A stretch of 63,409 bases of DNA, filler included, from Intoshia linei (lineage: Eukaryota; Animalia; Orthonectida): assembly GCA_001642005.1 (NCBI GenBank). It is 4 parts of 4 records of this genome, joined end to end, with 100 filler letters (N's around TTAATTAATTAA, not from the genome) between each part and the next. Parts side by side here need not be neighbours in the genome. Positions count along the whole stretch, not along the records: positions 42,777 to 62,199 come from LWCA01000734.1; positions 62,300 to 63,409 come from LWCA01002782.1; 2 more parts are not named here. One strand, written 5' to 3'. A program made the translations under genes and the position numbers. Shown here one piece after another: positions 51,222-63,409 of the stretch. Below the pieces are notes generated by a model that saw only the letters and a list, made by a program, of their open reading frames with translations, was not told the origin of the DNA and did not search any database. Within the stretch, counting starts at the first letter, position 1; each line of letters starts with the position of its first letter.

Positions 51222-54200
51222 ATGATTGACAAAAATGGTTCCAATATTGAATCAACTATAAAAAATAAGCTGATAAACATAATCAATGAACGTAAAAAAT
51301 TTGAATCAAAACTAAAGGAAACACACTGGAAAGATAACATAAACTTTACATTAAATTTACCCGACATAAAAAGTAGAAATGAAATCAAATTTTCAGAAAA
51401 TCTAGACACGATTAACTTGCATGCAATATCAAAAAGTGTAACAATAAAAAAGAAATATTACAAAGGTGCAACTGTTGAATTGGACAAAGTACATCCATTA
51501 CCATCCCTATTTAATTGGAGTTATTTATCTGATAATTTCAAAGTTGTTGACGAACCAATTTTGTGCAACGTTCCATATATTTCAGACGAAGAAGATCAAG
51601 CTGACATTGCCAATCATTCCAAGATTGCTACATCTTCATCTGATGAATTTAGAGAGTATAAACTAAAAAAAAACTTGTATCAAGCTGATAGATTACATAA
51701 TGAAGAGTTTATCCAAGATTTAATGGGTTGTTACAATTTCGATAACAACGATAATTTTATAAATGCAAAATTTTTTCCGTGTTTAAATAAAACTGATTTT
51801 TTGATATGGGTTCAATTTTGTTTTGATCATTGTAAAATTAAATTTAATATAAAAGGTATTTTTTTATTGGAAATTTATTGAAAATTATATTTGGATTACT
51901 TTTAGTTTAATTTAGAATCTTCTCCCAACATTGAAAATTTGTTTAAAATTGATTCGAGTTTTTCACGTGGTTCATTGGTTTCTAATGATTCAGTAGATTC
52001 GAATGTTTCAAATGATTGCATTTTTAATTTCATTTGTAAAGCCCTTAATTATGATAATCTTAAATGTAGTGCTTTCAAAAAATCGTAATTTGTTTTCATT
52101 TCATTTTGTAATTAAAATTTTTTCTAGAATTTTAAACGTTTACAATAATAATGATAATGTTGATTCATGTCAAACCGTTGATGATGTTTTAGCTGAAAAT
52201 TTTCAGACACGTCGAAGTTATTGTACAAGTTCTTACAGAAATTTGTTTTGTAGGCGATGTTATAAATATGATTGTTTTAAACATGGTTTTTATTGATTTT
52301 TTTATTTATACATCTTTTTAGATACTCCCAACTCTATTCCATATGTTTACAGTAAATTTATTCACCCCGGTATTAAGCCAGTCGTATTTTGCTCTGATCA
52401 ATGTCACAAAGTTTATTTCTTTTTTTTTATTTTTAATTTATATTAGATTCCGAACATATATTACAATTTTGGTAACTTTATTTAAATTATAATTAACAGT
52501 TTTTATTTAAAACTGACTGGTCGTTTTTATGTATAAATGGAAGATTTTCTCGGGTAGATTAAACATTTTCCTATAACTAGCAAATTTTGTTGTAGGTTAA
52601 TGGAAAATGCTATTTTTTTAAAAAAATTCCAAAATAGCTCATAAATTTAGTTCAAAATATGGTTTTTCTTTAAATGTGTTGTAAATTCATGGAAAAGGTT
52701 ATTTTTCTATATAAATTTACAAAAAACTCGATAATGGCTCATAAAATCTGTTTTTTCTTAGAATTTATTAATTTCCAAAAATTTTCCTAAAAGTACAAGA
52801 TTAAATTAACTCAAAATTGATTTTTTTGATTTATACATTTTGTAGTATGAATTAAAATTTTTAGCCAAGCTCCAGCACAAGAATTAAAAAGTGCTAATCA
52901 GTGATCACTGTTGTGTAGAAAATGGATATTTTGTATATTATATTAAGATTTAGAAAAAACGGTCAGTCTATCGAAAGAGCAATTGGATAAACTTATACTA
53001 ATGTATTCAATATTTAAAAGTGATATTTGTGCTTTGACAAAATGCTTTGATACTCAATTTTCATGCATAGATGTAATTGTTATGTTTTACATTTATTATT
53101 CAACTACTTGTATGAAATTGTTGCAAACTGTTGTTTTGCAAATAAATTGTTTTTTCTAACACATTAATCATTAATTATGGTATTTTTTGAAATTTTAAAT
53201 TGACAACTATAACCCATAGACGATAGTTATAAATAACTTGGACTGGTTAAATTTCATGTATTTTTAACGATATTTAATAATTTTTCATTTTTGGTCACAA
53301 TCTATGCAATTTAAGCTGGTCATACCTACTCTTGTTGATTTAATCATATTTTTACGTTATAGATTTACAAATGGATAAATTTTTACAGAGAAAAATTTGA
53401 TGACCTTAATAGTAGACGTGTTTCCCCTACCAATAAACGCAATAAACCGCATTTAACTTATAAAAAGAATAACAAAAAAAGTATCATTCCAGAAGCAAAC
53501 TACATTCCATGTAATCATAAAGAATCTACAGCCAATTGTAATTCAAGTTGTATTTGTATGCGTTCCAAAACTTTCTGTGAAAAATTTTGCAATTGTAGTT
53601 CAAAATGTAATTTTATTTACTTTTTTAATGTTTTTCACTGTCATTTTAAATTCAGATTTGATCAAGATTTGATATTTTATGTTGTAATTTTAAAAATTTA
53701 GGTAGTAATCGATTTGCAGGATGTCTATGTTCCGGTAGTTGTGATTCCAAAAAATGTCCATGCTTTGCAGCTCTACGTGAATGTGATCCAGATCTTTGTT
53801 TTGCGTGTGGTGCAAGTACGTTTTATTTATTTTTTTGTGACTGTATTTTGTATAGTCAGTATTTAATGTTGTTTATATGTAAAAAGAGAAAGTTACATAT
53901 TTTAACGGTTAATAATCATTTTTTTATAATTTTAAACCTAAAGAAAGTGTCATTTCTTATTTCTTGGTTCACAGTGTTGATATATCTGGTTTTAATAGAT
54001 TAATTCTAATTTTAATCGTTGGTTTCGACTGAAATTTAAGTGCGGGTATAAAAAATTTTGAAAACTTCAATATTTTTTAAGGTAATCTTTAAAAATATAA
54101 ACTGTTATAATCATGTAGTTGGGTCCCTATTGATGACTTAGCACCGGTTAAACTGTATAAACTATACATTCAGTGTATCGTTATTATATATTCTTTAGAT

Positions 54201-57200
54201 AGTCATGATACTAACAATCTGTGTAAAAATAATTCATTGCAACGCAATTTAATTAAGGTAATTTAAAAAAACTTACATTTTTATTTCAAAATAAACTTAT
54301 TAGAATCTTTTGGTAGCTAGATCTGATGTTGCTGGATGGGGTTGTTTTACAAACCAAAAGTTTAAGAAATACGATTTTATATCTGAATATTGTGGTGAAG
54401 TAATATACTATACTAGCTTGAAAGTTTTTTACTGTGTACAAAAAGCATCTACCCCTGTCGAGGGCGGAATTTTTTAATTCTACCAAAATAATAAATGACA
54501 TAAAATCTTACTTAAAAATGGTACTATTCACTATCACGATTCTTTTAAAGGAGTGGTTCCCAAATTTGTCTCACCTTGGATCGGTCATTTTGCCTTACCT
54601 TTTAAAGACTAGACTTTAATTTACTTTTAAAATTTACTAGGACTTTTTTCATTTAAAAAAAGGGAGTAATTTGGGGTTGTGCCTTGAAGATATATAAAAT
54701 TTTGAAATTGAAATTTATCATAATGTTAATGATTTTAAAATCTTGATCAAATTGTAAATTTTTTATAATTTTTCTATGACTAGTTTGATTTTAAAAAGAA
54801 AGTAGATAATTGCGTTTTCGACCTTGAAGGACATACTTTCTGAAAATGAAATTTGCGATAAAACTTCACAGTCGAAAAACTGTAATAGAAATATGAAATT
54901 TTTAAAACTTCATTCCTCTTACTTTCTTAAATAAACTGGAACATACAAAGAAATAAACAGATATGCATTTTAACTAAATCCTAACTTATTTAAAACTGTT
55001 TATTTGTCTATCTGTCATTTATAGTTTATTTCAAAATTTAAGAGTATTAGAATTTTAAAAATTCTACATTTCTAGTGCAGTTTTTTTCCGGTGAAAGTAA
55101 GATTCATTTCATTACTTTACATAAGTAATCATTTTTAACTTAGTATTTCCAATAAGTTTATATGATACACGTCATCAAGTGTCTTAGAATTTAAAATTGA
55201 AATTAATTTTAAGAATAGTGAATATTTTTAAATGAAGGCCCACGTTCCGTACCTGCAATGCAGCATATATTAATTATGTTCCTTAACATGATGTGAGCAT
55301 TGTCGTTAAGTTGACAAGCTTCCATTTTGGGTACTGATTTTTTTGGGAATAGTTTTGAATGAGTTTAATGATTATTCTAAGAATATAAAAATGAAATAGT
55401 TAATAACTCAAGACGAAGCGGAACGAAGAGGAAAAATATATGATCGATACAAATGCAGCTTTCTATTTAACTTAAATAATGGTTATTTTTTATTTAATGT
55501 TTGTATCAATATCTAAAAATAGATTATTCTGTTGATGCTTCAAGGAAGGGGAATTCTATTCGATTCGCTAATCATTCAACAAATTCAAACTGTGAAGCCA
55601 GAGTTATGATGGTGAATGGTGATCATAGAATTGGAATTTACGCAAAAAGAGATTTAAAGTCTGGTGAAGAGTTGTTTTTTGATTATCGGTAACTTACTAA
55701 CTACATTATATAACTACAGGGATATATATGAAGGTCTATAATTACACTACTACGACTCCTTCTGTATAAGGTTTAAAAGGTTTAATAAATCACGTACACG
55801 ACTAGTCCCAAACTTAATATAGTCGAACTACGAAAATAGTTATCTAAAAATTTTATCAAACCATATGTAATGCCATAAGCCCTAACCACCTCTCTACTGG
55901 TTTGACTTGCAAAATACAGTTTTTTTTAAATGTTCATTTGGGAACATTGTGCTCCATTTTACAAAAATGCGTCCTAGAATTTGTTTTTTTTAATTTTTGA
56001 AAAAAAGACAAAATTGACTTTAATTCTGAAGGACTCTATTTTGGAAAATAAAATATGTGTGTTCCCGTTTATTTTAATAACTACCAGTCTTAGAATTGTA
56101 TAAAGTCCACATTTCAATTACAGTTTTTTCCGGGGTGTTAGCAAAATAAATTTCAACCTCCTAAACTCACATCTTACGGGTCAAAAAGCCAATTGTCCTG
56201 TTTTTAAAAATCAAATGAGATCGATAGTTTAAAAAAATATACACTCTGATACGGATTTTAAAATCATAAATATTTTCATAAATTTAAATTTAAAAAAATA
56301 TACCTTTATGGCAGCGGTTCTCAAATGGTGGTACTGGTACCCTCTAGGGTAGTGGTTCTTAACCTTTTTTGACTTATGCACCCAAAATATTGATCTTAAT
56401 GACTGTGCACCCCTGATTAAAAATCAATTAATACAATATTAATTAAAAATAAAGTGTTAACTAGTTACTTAAATTAAACGGATACAATTTAAGAATTAAA
56501 GCTGATTTGGTCATAATAATGGTCGTGGAGAGTCAGTAGTAGGCCTGGGCTCGATAGAAAGTATAGGCCCCTATAATTTTTTTTTTAAAAATGGACCTCT
56601 ATACATTAATTAATTGAACGTTCTTTATCTAAAAATTAAAAATAACCATTGAAAATCATTGATTATCGAAATTATGATATACTTAAGAAATTTTTCATCA
56701 ATACCTATTAATAAATTAAAAAAGTAGGCTCTCATGATTGTAGACACGGGACATATTATATCTCCACGACCTTCCTGTACTTACTTCAGATTTTTATAAA
56801 AATTAAGACGTGTCAACTATCATATCCACTAAAAGCTTTGTAAGTACAATTTTATGTTGTACTACTGCAATATTCAGTAGATACATTAGCTATTTTCCAT
56901 TGAAAAATATCGGAAAATGTAGTAGCCCTGGTCATACCACCAAATTCATTAATTAAAAATAGACTATTCAAATATAATTAAAGACTCAGAAAATAGCGAA
57001 TTAAGTAGTTTAAAAACTTTTACATAACAATTGAACAAATTTATTTACATACATTTTAATGGGATCGTTATTGTTGTTTGAAATGAGAAGTAAGCTAAAT
57101 CTTCGCATTATTTTTGATAAGCTCACTTGCATATCGGCACGGACATCTAATTTATTCCTTTGTCTTTTTTTATAATTTGTTAGAATAGAAAATTCAGCTT

Positions 57201-58971
57201 CACAAAACTATGTTGTGAGAAAAGTAATAATTACTTCAAGAGCAATTTCAGTCACAAATGGATAGATATTAAGCATACTACACTAAAAACCACCAAATAT
57301 CACATTTAAAGCTATCATAGTTATATATAATATATTTTCCAAAGGGCCACTAGAAAAATCAAGGGACTATGTAAAATTTTTTCTATTTGGGGGCCAAAGT
57401 AAATTATACATTGTAGGGCCCATAAAAAATTGTATATATATTTTAATGTATTAATATATAATTTATTTCGAATACATCAATTCTCTTGTAGTTTTATTTA
57501 ATGACTCACAAAACAGATATTCCTCCTTAATGTTATCATTCACAACATATCTTGTAAATACATCAGTAGATTCGTCCAATTGTAAACTAAATATTACTAG
57601 GCTTTTTCGAAGTTCATTCATAACTTCTGCTAAATTTTTAATACTTTTACGAAGGAATTGATTTAAGTGCCCTTTTTTGTTTTTTGCCAAGTAGAAGTTC
57701 TGCAACGTTAAGAGTACAGGGTTTGATCAACATTTCCGATGGTATGATGCTTTTTCTGTTTAGAAAACATGTAAGCAACATGATATTATGCCTCTAAAAT
57801 TTTGTTACATTGAGAAGAAATGATAAATTGTCAACTGTTCCACATATATCGAAACGTTTTCTTTTTCCAGCGATAACTTCAACACTGTCAATGAGGTGAT
57901 AAATATTATAATAAATATTTTTGTTTTATATTCTTATGATTACGTAGGAGGTTTGGCTTTATGTTATTATTGCATAAAACGCCGAAAAGTAAATTCACTG
58001 AGGTTTTTCGGTTTCATCTGCATCATTACGACAGTTAAAACCAAATTCTACATAATTGTTATTTCATTGTCTTCTTTTAGACATCCTTAGAAAAGTTAAA
58101 AATTCTATGATAATTTATATATTAAAATACATAATTTGTATATTTTAAAAAAGTTGAAAATACAAAATTAATTTGATTATTAAATGGTTGTGAAATAAAT
58201 TCAATGAGCGTTAATTATTAGCTTAACTTAATAAGTATTAACAAGATGAAATTATGTCTTATATCTAACCTTTTTGTTGATAATAAAAATATCAATTATG
58301 TTATTTTACTCATTTAGAAAAAAAATTGAAAATATCTCTGTGCACCCAAAAATTGATTATACACCCGGTTAAGAACCACTGCTCTAGGGGTACCATAAAT
58401 TATTTTTGGGTACCAGTTCGTCTCATCCTATGACTCACAATTTATGATTCATAAATTATAAATATTTTTAAAATTTCATAATACATTTATGTATCTATTT
58501 TTGATGTCAGTAGATTTTAACTAACTATTTATTTTATTTTATTTTTTTTATTCACATGGTATCATAGTTACAATAAATATAAATTATTATTATTGTGGGG
58601 TACCAAATTATATTTTTTTTAACAAAAACAGCCCTAGAATTTAAAAAAATTTACAGGTGATACAGTTGTATCCTGTTAACATACAAAAAATTTTAATCTA
58701 AATATGTGACACCTTCACGGTCAAAAAAGCATTTTAGTATTTATATATTTGTTTCCAAAATATTATATATTATATAACAAAAAATGTGAAATATTTAACC
58801 GTCTGAAAATTAAAAAAAATCTTATAAAAAGATTATTCTGATAGAGGTTATTCCAGTTATATAAATACAAAATTGTAATATTTAATTTTCGAATTTAGAT
58901 ATGGACCCAATGATCAACTAAAATTTGTTGGAATTGAAAAAAATCGTACCAGCTTAAAGGTTGCAGACTAA
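51222..58971 (+). CDS. EZH2: Enhancer of zeste / EZH2 histone H3K27 methyltransferase (multi-exon)
   Basis: [26 protein letters not shown]; [14 protein letters not shown]; CXC (FCEKFCNC...NRFAGC...[15 protein letters not shown]); SET (SDVAGWG...FISEYCGE|[15 protein letters not shown]...SFLFNLN|[19 protein letters not shown]...GEELFFDYR); last exon 58899-58971 [13 protein letters not shown]. Confidence 0.97.
54413..54975 (-). mobile_element. Helitron copy in an E(z) SET-domain intron
   Basis: CTAG end ~13 nt after the donor; hairpin TTTTTACTGTGTACAAAAA. Confidence 0.75.
55970..58870 (+). mobile_element. Helitron in the last E(z) intron, interrupted by a hAT MITE (from ~56312) and nested elements
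   Basis: Helitron body stops at ~56310 and resumes at ~58620. Confidence 0.7.
56350..58381 (-). mobile_element. hAT Buster-type element with transposase relics
   Basis: TIR TAGTGGTTCTTAACC / GGTTAAGAACCACTG; perfect TSD CTCTAGGG; [11 protein letters not shown]...[11 protein letters not shown]. Confidence 0.9.
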
Positions 58972-59845
58972 TTTTTTTCTTTATTATCCTCATTATTTGT
59001 ATTAAATTATTATTTTTGTAAATAAACTATTTTGTATTACAATTTTTACAAAATTTCTTTTCACAATTATCTTTAATCCTTTCACTGTCTCTGTATTTTA
59101 TATCAGCCATTCTCAACGGGGTCCACAGCTCTTTTTTGGGATCCATGAAAATTATATACATTTATTACATATTATAGACATTTTCAGTAACATAGAGTCG
59201 TTTTTAAAACGTAAAGGCTCAGAAATAATAATATAAAACGTGCAAATCATGTAAAAGTAAATTCTTTTGTATTAATTAAATTAAATTACTTACAAGTGTA
59301 AAAACTTAATGGGAAATCTCCATTTTTCTATTTTAAGAGCAGCGGTTTTATCTAATTATTTTATTAAAAGTTATGACCGAGTCAAGTTTCTAATCATAAA
59401 AAAAAGCTTTAAATTTCAAATTGATGATGGGACAAAAAATCAGTCAATATTCATGATTCTATATAACATCAACCAAGGGATATAAAATATTAATTTTTCA
59501 CAGGGAAGATAGATAATATAGACTTTTTATTGATTTGATAAAATATGTAGTATACAATTAATAATACACTGTAAACAATACTTGAAAAACATGTTTAATT
59601 TTAGGAACATTGACGGGTTAAAGGTTAATATTAATAGTTCATCAGGTTTATCATCTCGCAAAAATATAGTACTCCATGTCTTTTGACCATTATTCGTTTC
59701 ACCGATATGTAATGATTCATTAAACATTGTCATTATTATTAATTTTTTTGGGGGTTCACAGCGAAAAAGGGTTGAGAAGATTTAATATTTGTTACAATTA
59801 CTTTGTATTATAATATTGTGCTTTTTAGTTACTCAAATGGTGTTA

Positions 59846-60436
59846 CAGTCGGACCTCGGATTGGGGCACCATTTTTTGAAAAGTGCCTCAAAATCAGGGT
59901 TTTTAGTAAGTTATCTAATTTTTCATTGAATATTTAAACTATTGCAATATATTATGATAGTATATTTGTTTCTATTAGAGTCCAACACGGTTTAGGGTGA
60001 TATTTTCAAGTAAATATCTGAAAAACAAAATGTAATAAAAATCTCAAATCAAAGTTATGAGTATTTTTTAAATTATATATTTAATTTTTAGAATTATAGT
60101 TACTTTCTAATCTATAATAGTAATTAAGTTAAGAAATATTAAAATATAGGCATGAATAAAATTAATGAATTGTGACAAATACATATGAAAATGTATGTAA
60201 AATATTGACATAAATATAATTTTAATTTAATGTCATCACTATAGGAATTATACTTATATATTTTTATTTAAAACATTTTTGCCCCAAAAGCGGGGTTAAT
60301 TTCACATATATTGCTATTCCATCGATCTAAATACTATAAAAGTAACATAATTCTGAAAAAGTGCCCCCAAACACGAGTATGTCCAAAAACCGAGTATGCC
60401 CCACACCGAGGTTTGCCCCAAAGCGGGGTCATACTG
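59846..60436. mobile_element. pogo-type MITE
   Basis: TA|CAGTCGGACCTCGGATTGGGGCA ... TGCCCCAAAGCGGGGTCATACTG|TA; subterminal ~20-bp repeats at 60360-60430. Confidence 0.8.
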
Positions 60437-61329
60437 TATAATTATTACAATTTGCAATATTGTTATAAATCACAATTTATAACTACAATACCATACAGGT
60501 TGTATCATACAACTGAACAATTCTTAATATTTGTTACTATGATGTTGACTATTAAAATGTGAGTAATTTGTCACAGAAATTCACTGAATTTGGATTATAT
60601 AATAAACTTTATTATAAAAAATATTTTAAAAATCGATCAATAGAAATAACATAATTTAAGGTAATTTTTAAAATAAATTTGTCTAATTGCCCTCATAGTA
60701 CACGTTTGATAGCATTTATATTTTTTTACTTTATATCAATCTGGTTGTTCTTTGTCAATATTTATGAATTTTTCACCAATTTGCAAAGTTGTATCATTTA
60801 ATTAATTAAGAGTTCCTAGTTCTCCGAGGCGAACGTAGCGATATATTTTTAAACTAACTTACAAATAACTTAAAATTTAAAAATTTATAAAATTTCGTGA
60901 TGCATGTAAATTTGACCATATTTAAAAATGAAATAAATTACAAAATATATTCACATTTGCAGAACTGAGTCTACTTGGTCAAGGTTACAATAAAATGAAA
61001 AATAGACGCCTACAAATATTTTCACAAACGAATTCTAGTATAATAATCCAAACTCTGTCGAGGCATTGAACCAATATTATATACTTGACATTTTTAATTA
61101 CACACAAAATACTTTTGATAATCAAGATTATAATTTTTGTAATGTTCAATTTAATAAAACTTCTATTTATTTATCTATTTTTTACAAAAATACGACGAGG
61201 CTTATGAGTATCTATGTTACATTAGGTTCGATTAGGGCCGTAGAGAGGGGCTAGGGTCATATGGTCAAGAATTAAAATCATGAAGGGCCTATTTTTTAAA
61301 TTTATTGATAGATAATGTTGAAAAATTTT

Positions 61330-62199
61330 AATTTAAATTTTAACAAAATGTTTTGAATATGAGAATTTGAGATTGAAAAATGGCGTAGCAATTAAAAAAA
61401 TTCTGAAGGAATGAATTATATAGATTTTCAACTCTTTTTCCTTTATTGGAAATGTGTATACGTTCAATGCTCATTTTTTTGAAATTGTAGGATCAATATT
61501 TACAGTTTAAATTTTTATTTTAATTGAAATATTTGAAAAATATTAGTTGATAATATATTAAAAATTATTTTTCACCGGAAATGCGTAGTTTTCTGGGGTT
61601 GAAATTTTGGGACCTTTATTTATTTCACATTTTTTGTTTTAATAAAATATTTCGTCAAAAAAATATATATATACTAGGGGTGAACGAATTTTTATATTAA
61701 AAGTGCACCCTTCCACCATATGAACATTTTGAAAATATTCAATTTGCACGCAGTCTTACCTCTCAACTGTTAAAAAAACCCCCGGGGCATCGCCTCTAAA
61801 GTTTTGAACAATATATCGCTCACAGTAACTAATATATGACAATTTTCTTAAAAATATTATTTTAAATATAAAAATTTGTATACAAATAGCTGTAAAGATG
61901 CACAAAATTATTTTCTAGCGAATCATGAACGCCGAATTGATAAAAAAACAGATTCCAATGAGAAAACTGAATAAATATAAATTTAAAATTAATTATTCAT
62001 AATTTGAAGTGCTTTGCCTCAGGGTTTTTTTAATCCTTTTTATATAATTTTTTGATAATTATGTATTATTCAACCCCATCTTCCACGTATGGGGTGGCAC
62101 TTTTGTATTTTCGCAAAAAAGTGAAAAAATTCACACTCCTAATGTATACTAAAATGCTTTTTTCACCGTGAAGGCGTCACTTATTCAGATTGAAATTTT
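61330..62199 (-). mobile_element. Helitron copy carrying a TAGGG-ended hAT MITE (61675-62141)
   Basis: MITE TSD ATATATAC/ATGTATAC; Helitron body on both sides. Confidence 0.75.
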
Positions 62200-63409
62200 N
62201 NNNNNNNNNNNNNNNNNNNNNNNNNNNNNNNNNNNNNNNNNNNTTAATTAATTAANNNNNNNNNNNNNNNNNNNNNNNNNNNNNNNNNNNNNNNNNNNNT
62301 TTATTACAAATTGAGAAATTTTGATGGATTCCATTAATTTTTTCGTCAAAGATTGCCATCTTACGAATGTTGAATTGAAAACGAATAATGAGAAAAATTT
62401 ATCCGAAAATACTTTGGAATTAACAGTGAAAGGCAACCCTGCAGGCAAAATTTTTCTATCAAGCAATGATTGTGAGCATTAGACACGAAAAATTAGTAAT
62501 AAAATGCAATAGTATGCAGGGGATGATGACAAACATATTTTTCAGGTATTGTTTACAATACATTATTAATTGTTTACCACATATTTTATCAGATCAATAA
62601 AAAGTTTATATTATTTATCTTCCCTGTGAAGAATTAATATTTTATATCCCTTGGTTGTTGTTTCATTCAATCATGAATATTGACTGATTTTTTGTCCTAT
62701 TTTCAATTTGAAATTTAAAGCTTTATTTTAAGACTAGAAACTTGGCTCGGTTATAAATTTTAATAAAATAATTAAATAAAAACGCTGCTTCTAAAATAAA
62801 ACAATGGAAGTTTCCCAATTAGTTTTTACACTTGTAAGTAATTTAATTTAATACCAAAGAATTTAATTTTACATGATTTTCACGTTTTATATTAGTATTT
62901 TTGAGTCTATGTTTTAAAAACGACTTTATGTTACTGAAAATATCTATAATATGTAATAAATGTATATAATTTTCATGTACCCCCAAAAAGGTGCTGTTAA
63001 CCACGTTCAGAATGGCTAATTACAACAAAGGCAATTTAATGCAATTTAAATTCATTATAATTTAAAATTAATACTTAGGGCCTAACAGAATTTCCAGAAT
63101 ACATTAATTAAATATCAAAGCCTAAAATCTAAACTTATGGTTAACGATTCTAATTTAATTTAATAATTTTTCTTAGACATAAGGCCCCTCAGACTCTGTA
63201 GGCCCTTTGTAAGGCAAAGCAAATTTAGAAACCATTGATATATACACTTGTGTTTTTTATTTTAATTGAAAGTCTCCTCGTTTATGGTAGTACATATGTA
63301 AAACGTATAATTATACTTAAAGTTTTTTATAAATATAAATTGTTTATTTAAATAAAAAACTTTCTTCGTCACAGGTAATGAATAATTAATAACATATGAA
63401 ATATGATGT

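Noticed and set aside
55870-55900. CCCTAACC as a possible telomerase RNA template
   Set aside because: Isolated 8-mer with no supporting pseudoknot or H/ACA structure.
60360-60430. Short spaced repeats resembling a CRISPR-like array
   Set aside because: Subterminal repeats of a pogo MITE; no unique spacers; eukaryotic context.

Overview
Very AT-rich (visually ~20-25% GC) metazoan nuclear scaffold with three assembly gaps and many very short (36-41 nt) spliceosomal introns, resembling a compact parasite genome (orthonectid-like; inference only). Host genes reconstructed by hand across introns: a three-exon ephrin (minus, 28826-21196) with an ephrin-B-type core motif but a GPI-like tail; a CCDC87-like gene (plus, 38596-~40282); an intronless secreted serpin (minus); a two-exon CD225/dispanin missed by the ORF track (minus, 47777-47097); a multi-exon Enhancer of zeste/EZH2 (plus, 51222-58971); and an N/Q-rich unknown protein (4500-6295). 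Most of the rest is transposon debris: a high-copy non-autonomous Helitron family (one copy with a demonstrable empty site), mariner, Tc1, pogo/Tigger, Merlin, piggyBac MITE, many hAT relics and MITEs with 8-bp TSDs (often nested), and a gag-like relic. Most notable observation: a 94-nt intron in the Tc1 transposase flanked by an exact 9-bp direct repeat that supplies both splice sites, which looks like intron gain by insertion. I found no clearly novel multi-gene system.
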